From: Gemmatimonadales bacterium
Lineage (GTDB): Bacteria; Gemmatimonadota; Gemmatimonadetes; Gemmatimonadales; GWC2-71-9
NCBI GenBank assembly: GCA_033764615.1
Contig: JANRIU010000063.1
Span: 2,779-66,778, forward strand
Direction of reading: 5' to 3'
DNA length: 64,000 nucleotides
Part shown: piece after piece, positions 49,543-61,793 of the stretch
Numbering within the stretch: the first letter of the stretch is position 1
How the letters are laid out: each line of letters begins with the position of its first letter
The notes under the pieces: generated by a model
What the model was told of the DNA's origin: nothing
The model's database searches: none
Seen by the model: only the letters and a program-made list of their open reading frames with translations
Position numbers and translations under genes: made by a program

Positions 49543-49923
49543 TCAGGCGAGCGGGGCGATCGGCGGCGGCGTCGGCGGGGTGCGGGGATGGTCGGCGGGG
49601 AGGCGGAGCGCCGCGCCGAGCGGCGCGGCGGCGACGCGCACCGGGAGCAGGGCCGCGCGCGTGACGTGCTCGGCGGCGAGCGTCGCGCCGGCGCTGGTGC
49701 CGCACGGGGCGAGGTCGCAGCGCGGGCACTCGGCCGGGTGTTCCGGGGCGGGCGCGTCGTCGGGCGCGTGATGGTGCGCGTGCGCCGAGGCGTCCTCCGC
49801 AGCGGGCAACGCGACGGCGCCGTGCCCCCCGCGCTCGCACGCCTGCAGCGCCGGCGCGGCGAGGCCGAGCCAGAGGGCGAGCGAGAGGGCGAGCGAGAGG
49901 GCGACGGCGACGATGCGACGCAT
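49543..49923 (-). CDS. hypothetical secreted His/Cys-rich protein
   Basis: Signal peptide followed by HAHHHAPDDAPAPEHPAECPRCDLAPC. GC3-rich. Lies 45 nt upstream of 47734..49497. Confidence 0.5.
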   Translation of the reverse strand: MRRIVAVALSLALSLALWLGLAAPALQACERGGHGAVALPAAEDASAHAHHHAPDDAPAPEHPAECPRCDLAPCGTSAGATLAAEHVTRAALLPVRVAAAPLGAALRLPADHPRTPPTPPPIAPLA

Positions 49924-49947
49924 GCGGGACAAGTTTACCCTTGATTC

Positions 49948-50217
49948 ATGAAGCGCGGAACTCTCGTCACCATCATCCTCTTCGTCGCCCTCGGCGCCTT
50001 CCTCGTGCTCCGCACCCTCGGCAGCCAGCGCACCGAGTGCGAGGTCACCGTGGAGTACGAGGGACGGCGGAACTCGGCACGCGCCAGCGGCGCCACGGAG
50101 CAGGAGGCGGCGCAGCAGGCCCAGACCACCGCCTGCGGCCCCATCGCCGCCGGCATGAACGCCACGATCGCCTGCACGAACCGGCGGCCCGTGGAAAAGA
50201 GCTGCAGGGCGAAGTAG
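49948..50217 (+). CDS. hypothetical small membrane-anchored protein (4 Cys)
   Basis: 89 aa with an N-terminal TM helix (LVTIILFVALGAFLVL). Strong GC3 bias. Confidence 0.5.
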   Translation: MKRGTLVTIILFVALGAFLVLRTLGSQRTECEVTVEYEGRRNSARASGATEQEAAQQAQTTACGPIAAGMNATIACTNRRPVEKSCRAK

Positions 50218-50261
50218 GCGGGCAGGCGGGCAGGCGGGCAGGCGGGCAGGCGGGGCGGACC
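50217..50261. repeat. tandem octamer array (GGCGGGCA)x4 followed by GGCGGGGCGGACC (variant element E; right arm degenerate or absent)
   Basis: Four perfect GGCGGGCA copies at 50217-50248, immediately after the stop of the 89-aa gene. Only weak cccgcc motifs lie downstream (about 50300-50345). Confidence 0.7.
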
Positions 50262-50500
50262 GATACCACGAGCTGTCGCACGATGCCGACAGCGGCGTAC
50301 CCTCCCGCCCACGGCCCCGGGCTCCAGGCCCTCGGCCACCCGCCATTCATGAACCCCCATTCACACTGATTTCATCATCGCAGTGTCCACCATGATCGCA
50401 GCTTTGGGGGTACAATCGCTCGTGGGCCATGCGGTTACGGTGTCCACGATGCGAGCGGCCACTCGCGCGCCGCATGAAGCAGCGGGGGTGGGGCACTTTC

Positions 50501-50515
50501 TGGCACCACAGTTGC
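50501..50515 (+). promoter_or_regulatory. sigma-54 promoter upstream of the GNAT gene
   Basis: TGGCACCACAGTTGC has exact TGGCAC-N5-TTGC spacing and core. It lies 61 nt upstream of the ATG at 50576. Confidence 0.7.
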
Positions 50516-50575
50516 TCTCCCATTGGCAGGACCCCTGCACGCCGGCCTCCCTGGCAGCCGGCACTGGAGGACACG

Positions 50576-51004
50576 ATGGGCGAGACGAACATCCGCGAGG
50601 TCACGCGCGACGACGAGTTCCGCGACTGGTTCGAGGAGCTGCTCGAGCGCGAGGACGCGTCGTATGACGCCGACGCGCACGCGGAGGAGCGGTGGCTCGT
50701 GGCGTCGAACGCGATCGGCGACTGGATCGGCGGCGTGCATTACCACCTGCGCGGCGGGGTGTCGCACCTGCTGGAGCTGGCGGTCGCTCCTGCCGAGCGG
50801 CATCAGGGGCATGCGCATGAGCTGCTGGCCGCGTTCGAGGAGCACAGCCTCGAGGCCGGCGCGCACGTGGTCGAGTTCTGGACCGAGGACACGCGTTCGC
50901 TCGCGCTGCTCGGCGCGCTCGGCTGGACGCCGGTGCTGGCCCGGCCGAACTACATCGGCGGGCGGACGTGGCACCTGATGGAGAAGCGCCTCGACGCCGC
51001 CTGA
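50576..51004 (+). CDS. GNAT-family N-acetyltransferase
   Basis: 142 aa. ELAVAPAERHQGHAHELL resembles the acetyl-CoA binding motif A region. GGAGGA lies upstream of the ATG at 50576. Confidence 0.65.
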   Translation: MGETNIREVTRDDEFRDWFEELLEREDASYDADAHAEERWLVASNAIGDWIGGVHYHLRGGVSHLLELAVAPAERHQGHAHELLAAFEEHSLEAGAHVVEFWTEDTRSLALLGALGWTPVLARPNYIGGRTWHLMEKRLDAA

Positions 51005-51171
51005 GCGCAGGTGCGGCGTCCCGGCCATTCCGCCGGGACGCCCACGGCGGTATCGTGGAGGGCTGGGCGCCTGGCGTCCGGCCCTCGTGTGCATGGGGGC
51101 CGGAGGCCCGCTGCCGCATCCCGCTCCCGGCGGCGCCGGGTCCCACTGGTCCCTGAGGAGTCGCATCGACG

Positions 51172-52146
51172 ATGAGCCTGACCGACGCCGCGCGCACGCT
51201 GGGTCGCAAGATCGAGGTCCTGAAGGACCTGGAGGGCCTCGTCGCCGAGATGATGGCGACGCATGAGGCGAAGCGCGAATTGTGGATGCCGTCGGACCTC
51301 ATCGGACCCGCGCCGGATGCCTGCCCCGACACGCACCGCAAGACGATGCGCGAGCGTGCGGCCGGCATCCCGGACCATGCGCGCGCGGCGCTGGCGCTCA
51401 ACCTGCTGACCGAGGAGGGGCTGCCGCACTTCCACCGCCTCCTCGCGGTGCACCTCCCGGACGACAGCCACTGGCGGAACTGGAACAACCTGTGGACCGC
51501 CGAGGAGGACCGCCACGGCGCGGTGCTGCACGACTACATGCATGACACCAGCATCCTCGACCAGCGGAAGCTGGAGGAGATGCAGTTCGAGTACATCAAG
51601 GCGGGCTTCAACCCGGACTGGGACCACGATCCGTACCGCGTCTTCGCCTACACGACGGTGCAGGAGCGCGCGACGCAGGTCTCGCACGCGAACACCGGCA
51701 AGCTGGCCGGCGAGTACGAGCCGATGCTCGGCATGGTGCTCGAGCGCGTGGCGATGGAGGAGGCGCGGCACTTCACGTTCTACCGCCGGGTGTTCGAGGC
51801 GATCCTCGAGCGCGACGCCGACGAGGCGCTCGAGTCGGCGAGCTTCATCCTCCCCGGAATCCAGATGCCCGGCTTCACGATGCCGAGCTTCCGCGACTTC
51901 GCCGACGTCGTCCGGCGCAGCGGCATCTACGGCCCGCGCGACTACATCCGCATCGTGCAGGACCAGATCCGCTACTGGCGCATCGAGCAGCTCACCGGGC
52001 TGGGCGAGGTGGGGCGGAAGGCGCAGGAGAAGATCCTCGCGATCCCGGACCGGCTGAAGAAGCTCGCCGACTACGTCGAGGCGCGGAGCCGCGCGAAGAG
52101 CTTCGCGTTCGACGTGGTGTTCAAGCGGGAGTTCGCCCTGTCGTGA
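51172..52146 (+). CDS. soluble acyl-ACP desaturase (di-iron, DesA-like)
   Basis: WTAEEDRHG and MEEARHFTFY di-iron motifs. Length and order match the FA_desaturase_2 family. Confidence 0.85.
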   Translation: MSLTDAARTLGRKIEVLKDLEGLVAEMMATHEAKRELWMPSDLIGPAPDACPDTHRKTMRERAAGIPDHARAALALNLLTEEGLPHFHRLLAVHLPDDSHWRNWNNLWTAEEDRHGAVLHDYMHDTSILDQRKLEEMQFEYIKAGFNPDWDHDPYRVFAYTTVQERATQVSHANTGKLAGEYEPMLGMVLERVAMEEARHFTFYRRVFEAILERDADEALESASFILPGIQMPGFTMPSFRDFADVVRRSGIYGPRDYIRIVQDQIRYWRIEQLTGLGEVGRKAQEKILAIPDRLKKLADYVEARSRAKSFAFDVVFKREFALS

Positions 52147-52586
52147 GGCGCCGCGCGGGGCTGCTCGCCGCGCTGGCCCTCGCGGCCGCCTGCGCCGGGC
52201 GGGAGAAGCCGGCGGCGGCGGACGACGCCGCGCCGCCGGCGCCGGACGCGCAGGCCGACGCCGACCGGCTCGGTCGCGAGCTGTTCGAGCTCGCCGACCG
52301 CACCGACAGCTACCGGGCCACGCACAAGCGGATGGCGAAGTCGTTCCGGGACATCGGCATCGACTCGCTGACGCCCGAGACGGCGCGGCGGCTCGCCGTG
52401 TCGGGGAAGGCGTTCCGCATCACCGTGGAGTTCCGCCAGGTCGAGGGACACCTGCTCCGCTCCTGCGAGGGGGACGAGCGGGTCATCGAGGAGGCGGCGC
52501 TCCACGAGGGCGTCTTCCCGCTCGAATGCACCCTGCTCGACGGCACGCGCGAGCGGCGGCTGGTCGGCGGCTCGAAGGGCGCCTGA
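52143..52586 (+). CDS. hypothetical lipoprotein
   Basis: The GTG start overlaps the desaturase stop (GTGA). Lipobox-like LALAAAC. Confidence 0.5.
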   Translation: MRRRAGLLAALALAAACAGREKPAAADDAAPPAPDAQADADRLGRELFELADRTDSYRATHKRMAKSFRDIGIDSLTPETARRLAVSGKAFRITVEFRQVEGHLLRSCEGDERVIEEAALHEGVFPLECTLLDGTRERRLVGGSKGA

Positions 52587-52589
52587 GGC

Positions 52590-53171
52590 GTGTGGCCCGA
52601 CGTGCTGGAGCGCGCCGCCCAGGTGGTGGCGGCCGGCGGTTTCGCGTACGCGGCGGTCGTCTTCGGCACCACGTGGGCGGTGCGGCAGGGGCACCTGCAG
52701 CCGTTCGGCGCGTGGCCCCGCCTCGTCCGCTCGCTCGGCGACCCCCTGCTCAAGCCGCTCGAACGCCGCCTGCTCCGGAGTGGCGGCAACCCGGTCGACG
52801 CGCCGCTCTGGCTCTTCGGCAGTTCGATCGTCGTGGGCCTCGTGCTGGTCACGGCCACCCGCTGGCTCATCTCGCTGTACTTCCAGTTCGCCGGCCTCGC
52901 CACGGCCGGGCCGAGGATGCTGGCCGCGAGCGTGGCGGCGCTGGTGTTCAACGTGCTGCAGTTCGCCCTGCTCATCCGCGTGCTCGGCAGCTGGTTCGGG
53001 ATCACGGGCGAGGAGTCGTGGATGCGTCCCGTGCGCATCCTGACCGACTGGCTGCTCGACCCCCTCCGGCGCATCATCCCGCCGTTCGGCCCCTTCGACC
53101 TGACGCCGCTGGCCGCGTACTTCGCGCTCAGGATCGCGGGGGACGCGCTCGTGCGGGCGCTGGCTGGGTAG
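52590..53171 (+). CDS. YggT-family membrane protein
   Basis: Two YggT-like halves, with ALLIRVLGSWFGI and LDPLRRIIPPFGPFDLTPL. Confidence 0.65.
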   Translation: MWPDVLERAAQVVAAGGFAYAAVVFGTTWAVRQGHLQPFGAWPRLVRSLGDPLLKPLERRLLRSGGNPVDAPLWLFGSSIVVGLVLVTATRWLISLYFQFAGLATAGPRMLAASVAALVFNVLQFALLIRVLGSWFGITGEESWMRPVRILTDWLLDPLRRIIPPFGPFDLTPLAAYFALRIAGDALVRALAG

Positions 53172-53174
53172 GAG

Positions 53175-53285
53175 GCGGGGCGGACGGGCGGACGGGCGGA
53201 CTGGCGGACCGGCGGACTGGGCATCGTGCACGCACGGCCGCCCGCCCACGAAGCCGCCTTCCGCCCGTCCGCTCGCCCGCCCCCC
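53175..53285. repeat. octamer inverted-repeat element F (yggT / metF intergenic)
   Basis: The left arm (53175-53221) has five GGCGGAC units. The right arm ccgcccgcccacgaagccgccttccgcccgtccgctcgcccgcccccc lies at 53238-53285. Confidence 0.8.
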
Positions 53286-53357
53286 GAGCGGCACTTTCCT
53301 TGCAGCACGCGGTATTCATGGCTAGCCTTCCGCCGTCCGATAATCGACGTCCGGCGT

Positions 53358-53400
53358 CGTGGCGATTTGTGCAGCTTGCGGCCACGTAAAACAACCGCTA
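53358..53400 (+). ncRNA. candidate H-type pseudoknot riboswitch (SAM-II/SAM-V-like) in the metF-metH leader
   Basis: P1 is CGUGGC (53358-63) pairing with GCCACG (53381-86). The U-rich L1 is GAUUUGUGCAGC. The loop 3' end UUGCGG can pair with the downstream CCGCUAA. The A-rich L3 is UAAAACAA. The GAUUU...GCUUG segment resembles SAM-II conserved positions. Confidence 0.3.
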
Positions 53401-53408
53401 AACCGCGC

Positions 53409-53433
53409 GCCCGGGGCGGTTCTCTCCCCGGGC
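53409..53433 (+). terminator. GC-rich hairpin in the metF leader (possible expression platform)
   Basis: An 8-bp stem (gcccgggg - cggttctct - ccccgggc) followed by aagccgtttcc. Confidence 0.35.
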
Positions 53434-53462
53434 AAGCCGTTTCCAGGGCAGGTACAGGACCG

Positions 53463-54349
53463 ATGCTGATTCCCTCCGCACCGCAGGACCTCAAGGTCTC
53501 GTTCGAGTTCTTCCCCCCCAAGTCGGCCGAGATGGAGGAGGCGCTGTGGCGCTCCATCAAGCGGCTGGAGCCGCTCGGGCCGCAGTTCGTCTCGGTGACG
53601 TACGGCGCGGGCGGCAGCACGCGCGAGCGGACGCACAACACGGTGCGCCGGATCGTGAAGGAGACGACGCTGCAGCCGGCCGCGCACCTGACGTGCGTGG
53701 CGGCGACGCAGGGCGAGCTCGACCAGGTGGCGGACGCATACTGGGGCGCGGGCGTGCGGCACATCGTGGCGCTCCGCGGCGACCCGCCGGGCGGGCAGGA
53801 GCGGTACACGCCGCATCCGGGCGGCTACGCCTGGACCGTCGACCTCATCGAGGGGCTCCGCCGCCTGCACGACTTCGAGATCACCGTCGCGTGCTTCCCG
53901 GAGGTGCACCCGGAGGCGCTCTCCGCCGAGGCCGACCTGGACAACCTGAAGCGGAAGATCGACGCCGGCGCCACGCGGGCGATCACGCAGTTCTTCTTCG
54001 ACAACGACGTGTACCTGCGCTTCGTCGACCGGGCGCGCGCGGCCGGCATCCACATCCCGATCCTGCCGGGGATCATGCCGGTCACGAACTTCAGGATGAT
54101 GGGCGTCTTCGCCGCGAAGGCGGGCGCCTCCGTCCCGGCGTGGCTCGGCACGCTGTTCGACGGGCTCGACGACGACGCCGAGACGCGGAAGCTCGTGGCG
54201 GCGACGGTGTGCGCCGAGCAGGTCCGCAAGCTGGAGGAGGCTGGGGTGCGCGAGTTCCACTTCTACACCTTGAACCGGGCCGATCTCTCCTACGCGATCT
54301 GCCACATCCTCGGCGTCCGGCCGGCCGCGGTGGCGGCGGGGAGCGCGGC

Positions 54350-54353
<4 letters not shown>
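53463..54353 (+). CDS. metF: 5,10-methylenetetrahydrofolate reductase
   Basis: [29 protein letters not shown] and ITQFFFD motifs. Confidence 0.92.
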
Positions 54354-58140
<3,787 letters not shown>

Positions 58141-58141
<1 letters not shown>

Positions 58142-58277
58142 GCGGACGGGCGGACGAGCGGACGAGCGGACGGGAACCAGAGCGTGAAGAGACGTGGGCG
58201 CGAGGGACGCCCCGTCGCCCTGACCGGACGTGCCCACCGGACGTCCGCCTGACCGCCCGTCCGCTCGTCCGCCTCCC
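58141..58277. repeat. octamer inverted-repeat element G (metH / acyl-CoA dehydrogenase intergenic)
   Basis: Left arm ggcggacgggcggacgagcggacgagcggacggg starts at the last base of the metH stop codon. Right arm cgtccgcctgaccgcccgtccgctcgtccgcctccc lies at 58242-58277. Confidence 0.8.
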
Positions 58278-58315
58278 TAGATTTCCCCCGCCCCCCGACC
58301 GGAGCCCCGCCCGCC

Positions 58316-59476
58316 ATGACCACGCTCGCCGCCCCCCAGCCGCTGTCGCTCCTCTCCGAGGAGGAGCAGATGTTCCGCGACGCGGTGCGCGAGTTCGCCG
58401 AGAGCGAAGTCCGCCCGCACGTCTCCGGGATGGACGAGGCGGGCGCGTTCCGCGCCGACCTCGTCGCGAAGTTCTTCGAGCAGGGGCTGATGGGGATCGA
58501 GGTGCCGGAGCGGTTCGGCGGCGCCGGCGCATCCATCTTCCTCGCGACGCTCGCCATCGAGGAGCTCGCGCGCGTGGACGCCTCCGCGGCGATCTACGTC
58601 GACGTGCACAACACGCTCGTCAACAACGCCTTCCTCAAGTGGGGGACGCCGGCCCAGCACGAGGCGTGGTTCCCCCGGCTCACGGGCGGCCTGCTCGGCG
58701 CGTTCGCGCTCTCCGAGCCGGGCAGCGGCTCCGACGCCTTCGCGCTGGCCACGCGCGCCGTGCAGCACGACGACCACTGGTCGCTCACGGGGCGGAAGCT
58801 CTGGATCACGAACGGCGCCGAGGCCGGCGTCTTCATCGTGTTCGCGAACGTCGACCCGTCGAAGGGCTACAAGGGGATCACCGCGTTCCTCGTCGAGCGC
58901 GACACCCCCGGCTTCACGGTCGGCAAGAAGGAGAACAAGCTCGGCATCCGCGCCTCCAGCACCACGGAGCTGATCCTCGAGGACGCGAAGGTGCCCGCGG
59001 CCAACGTGCTCGGCCCCGTCGGCCAGGGCTACAAGATCTCCATCGAGACGCTCAACGAGGGGCGCATCGGCATCGGCGCGCAGATGCTCGGCATCGCGCG
59101 CGGCGCGCTGGAGGCGGCGACCGCGTACGTGAAGGAGCGGAAGCAGTTCGGGAAGGCGATCGGCGAGTTCCAGGGGGTGCAGTTCCAGCTCGCCGAGATG
59201 GCGACCGACCTCGAAGCCGCGCGCCTGCTGGTGTACAACGCCGCGCGCCTCAAGGACGCGGGGAAGCCGTTCGTGCAGGAGGCGGCGATGGCGAAGCTCT
59301 TCGCCTCGCGCATGGCGGAGCGCGTCACCTCGATGGCGATCGAGCTGTTCGGCGGGAATGGCTACTCGAAGGAGTACCCGGTCGAGAAGTTCTGGCGCGA
59401 TGCCAAGATCGGCCAGATCTACGAGGGGACCAGCAACATGCAGCTGCAGACGATCGCGAAGGGGTTGCTCCGCTAG
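58316..59476 (+). CDS. acyl-CoA dehydrogenase (short/branched-chain type)
   Basis: ALSEPGSGSDA, ITNG, and the catalytic-base region YEGTSNMQ near the C-terminus. Confidence 0.92.
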   Translation: MTTLAAPQPLSLLSEEEQMFRDAVREFAESEVRPHVSGMDEAGAFRADLVAKFFEQGLMGIEVPERFGGAGASIFLATLAIEELARVDASAAIYVDVHNTLVNNAFLKWGTPAQHEAWFPRLTGGLLGAFALSEPGSGSDAFALATRAVQHDDHWSLTGRKLWITNGAEAGVFIVFANVDPSKGYKGITAFLVERDTPGFTVGKKENKLGIRASSTTELILEDAKVPAANVLGPVGQGYKISIETLNEGRIGIGAQMLGIARGALEAATAYVKERKQFGKAIGEFQGVQFQLAEMATDLEAARLLVYNAARLKDAGKPFVQEAAMAKLFASRMAERVTSMAIELFGGNGYSKEYPVEKFWRDAKIGQIYEGTSNMQLQTIAKGLLR

Positions 59477-59483
59477 AGGGGGT

Positions 59484-59525
59484 GCCGGCGGGCCGGGCGC
59501 ATGTTATGCCGCCCGGCCCGCCGGC
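59484..59525. terminator. bidirectional terminator between the acyl-CoA dehydrogenase and fasciclin genes
   Basis: A perfect 16-bp stem (gccggcgggccgggcg / cgcccggcccgccggc) with a 10-nt AT-containing loop, catgttatgc. Confidence 0.65.
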
Positions 59526-59541
59526 CCTCATGCCGCCCTGC

Positions 59542-60039
59542 TCAGGGCATGACCACCGCGTCGATCACGTGGATCACGCCGTTCGAGGCCATGATGTCGG
59601 CCTTCACGACGTTCGCCGCCATCCCCTTGCCCACGTGCACCGCCTTGCCGGCGAGGTGGATCGGCAGCTCGCTGCCCTCGACCGTCTTCGGCTTCACGTT
59701 GCCGTCCTTGTCGGCGAGCTTCGTCAGGTCGCCGGCGTGCACCATGCCGGGCACCACGTGGTACGTCAGCACCTTCGTCAGCTTCGCCTTGTCCTTGAGC
59801 AGCGCCTCGAGCGCCGCCTTCGGCACCTTCGCGAACGCCTCGTCCGTCGGCGCGAAGACGGTGAACGGCCCCTTGCCCTTCAGCGTCTCGACGAGGCCGG
59901 CGGCCTGGAGCGCCGTGGCGAGCGTCTTGAAGCTGCCGGCGGCGACGGCCGTCTCGACGATGTCCTTCTGCTGGGCCGCCGACGGCGCGGCGACGGCGAA
60001 CGCCGCGACCGCGGCCAGGGCGAGCGAACGAATGCGCAT
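59542..60039 (-). CDS. fasciclin (FAS1) domain secreted protein
   Basis: Signal peptide, [17 protein letters not shown] and [11 protein letters not shown] motifs. Confidence 0.85.
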   Translation of the reverse strand: MRIRSLALAAVAAFAVAAPSAAQQKDIVETAVAAGSFKTLATALQAAGLVETLKGKGPFTVFAPTDEAFAKVPKAALEALLKDKAKLTKVLTYHVVPGMVHAGDLTKLADKDGNVKPKTVEGSELPIHLAGKAVHVGKGMAANVVKADIMASNGVIHVIDAVVMP

Positions 60040-60202
60040 CTTCTTCTCCGGTAACGCGTTGTAGGGGGGCACACCGCCACCCCGCTTCGGGGTGACGAAT
60101 CATGTACCCGACCGCACCGCTCGGGTTCCCGGCTTGGCACCGTTCCTGCCCTTCCGATATCCAGCCTTGACCAACAGCGTTCCGGAGGCGGAAGTTTCTG
60201 CC

Positions 60203-61675
60203 ATGTTACCGTCCAAGAGCCATGCTGCCGTGTCCTGCGCCGTGCTGGCGGTCGTCCTGGCGGCGCCAGCGCGCGCGCAGGACCGCGCGGAGCTCGTCAA
60301 GACGATGGACAGCTGGTACCGCGGCGCCGAGAAGCGGGCGCGGGGCCAGTGGGGGATTGCGATCGCCGACCAGTCGGGGCGCGTGCTGTGGGAGGTGGGG
60401 GCGCGCGAGCCGATGGTGCCGGCCTCCACGGTGAAGGTGCTCACGACCGGCTTCGCGCGGACGATGCTCGGCGGCGACGCGCGCCGGCCGACGCGCGTGC
60501 TGGGCCAGGGCGAGGTCGACCCGCAGACGGGGGACTGGCTCGGCACCTGGGCGCTGGAGCTCAACGGCGACCCGACGCTCGAGCGCGAGGAGCTCGCAGG
60601 CCCGACGCTCGCCGACCTCGCGCAGCAGCTGCGCGCGCGCGGCATCCGCCGCCTGACCGGGCCGCTGCAGGTGCGGAGCGCGGAGGGGCCGGCCGAGGCG
60701 TCGTACCCGTCGGTCTGGTCGCCGAAGCACTGGGGGCGGTGGTTCGCGCCGCTCGTCGGTTCGCTCATCGTGCGCGAGAACGCGATCAGCATCGCCGTAG
60801 GCCCCGGCGGCAAGGCGGGGGCGCCGGCGCGCATCGTCGGCGAGGAGCCGCGCGGCGTCGGCTCGCTGGTGACGATCCGCGCGAAGACGGTGGCGGGGCG
60901 CCGCTCGCGGCTCGCGCTCTCGCGGCGCGATGGCGGCGGCTGGGTGCTGGCGGGGACGATCGGCAGCCGCGCGCTGCCGCGGCGGCTGCAGGCGATGTCG
61001 CACGACCCGCGCGCCGTGCTGCGGGCCTCGTGGGCCGCGGCGCTCCGCCAGGCGGGGATCGACTGGCTCCCGGCCGACGCGCTCTCCGCCACGGCGCCGA
61101 CGCGCGAGGTGGTGGTGCTCGGCGAGGTTCGCTCGCCGACGCTCGACTCGATCGCCGTCGCCGTCAACCGCAAGTCGATCAACCTCGGCGCCGAGGCGCT
61201 GCTGCGCTGGGCCGGCGGCCCGGAGCGCCCCGCCGAGCTGCTCACCGAGCACGTGCGCACGGTGACGGGCGAGGAGTCGGTCATGCTCGTGGACGGCTCC
61301 GGCCTCTCCTACGACGACCGCGTCAGCCCGTTCGCCTTCGTCCAGTACCTCGCCCGCTTCCCCGCCACGCCCGCGGGCCGGAACTTCGCGGCGCTGCTGC
61401 CGGCCAACGGCACGGGCACCCTCTGGCGCATGCGTCGCGGCCTCCCCGGCGCCGGCGTGGTGCGCGCGAAGACGGGCACGCTCAACGAGGTGGCGACGCT
61501 CGTCGGCTACCTCGGGCGCGAGAACGAGGTGCTGCTCTTCTCCCTCATGTACAACGGCCCGGTCCCCTGGACGGCGCGCGCCGAGCAGTGGCGGCTGTTC
61601 CGCATGCTCGGCGCGCGGATGACGCCGGTGGAGATGGAGACGCCGGTGGACGAGGGGGACCTGCTCGGGGGCTGA
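60203..61675 (+). CDS. dacB: D-alanyl-D-alanine carboxypeptidase/endopeptidase (PBP4, S13 family)
   Basis: Signal peptide, the SxxK motif PASTVK, DGSGLS (SxN-like) and KTGTL. Confidence 0.85.
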   Translation: MLPSKSHAAVSCAVLAVVLAAPARAQDRAELVKTMDSWYRGAEKRARGQWGIAIADQSGRVLWEVGAREPMVPASTVKVLTTGFARTMLGGDARRPTRVLGQGEVDPQTGDWLGTWALELNGDPTLEREELAGPTLADLAQQLRARGIRRLTGPLQVRSAEGPAEASYPSVWSPKHWGRWFAPLVGSLIVRENAISIAVGPGGKAGAPARIVGEEPRGVGSLVTIRAKTVAGRRSRLALSRRDGGGWVLAGTIGSRALPRRLQAMSHDPRAVLRASWAAALRQAGIDWLPADALSATAPTREVVVLGEVRSPTLDSIAVAVNRKSINLGAEALLRWAGGPERPAELLTEHVRTVTGEESVMLVDGSGLSYDDRVSPFAFVQYLARFPATPAGRNFAALLPANGTGTLWRMRRGLPGAGVVRAKTGTLNEVATLVGYLGRENEVLLFSLMYNGPVPWTARAEQWRLFRMLGARMTPVEMETPVDEGDLLGG

Positions 61676-61685
61676 GGGCGCCGCG

Positions 61686-61793
61686 GGGCGGACTGGCGGA
61701 CTGGCGGACTGGCGCAGAGGGACGCCCGAACCGGCACGTCCTCAGTGTGCTCCAGTGGCCGCCCGCCCGTCCGCCCGTCCGCTCGTCCGCCGC
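61686..61793. repeat. octamer inverted-repeat element H (between convergent dacB and the RND pump)
   Basis: Left arm ggggcggactggcggactggcggactggcg (61686-61714). Right arm ccgcccgcccgtccgcccgtccgctcgtccgccgc (61759-61793), overlapping the 3' end of the RND gene. Confidence 0.8.

Noticed and set aside
50429-50575. An N-terminal CxxC...HxxC zinc-ribbon-like extension of the GNAT protein (ATG at 50429, in frame)
   Set aside because: Codons here are unusually A/T-ending (TTA, CGA, ACT, AGT, TCT, ATT) for this genome. The stretch contains an exact sigma-54 promoter, and a GGAGGA Shine-Dalgarno sequence precedes the ATG at 50576.
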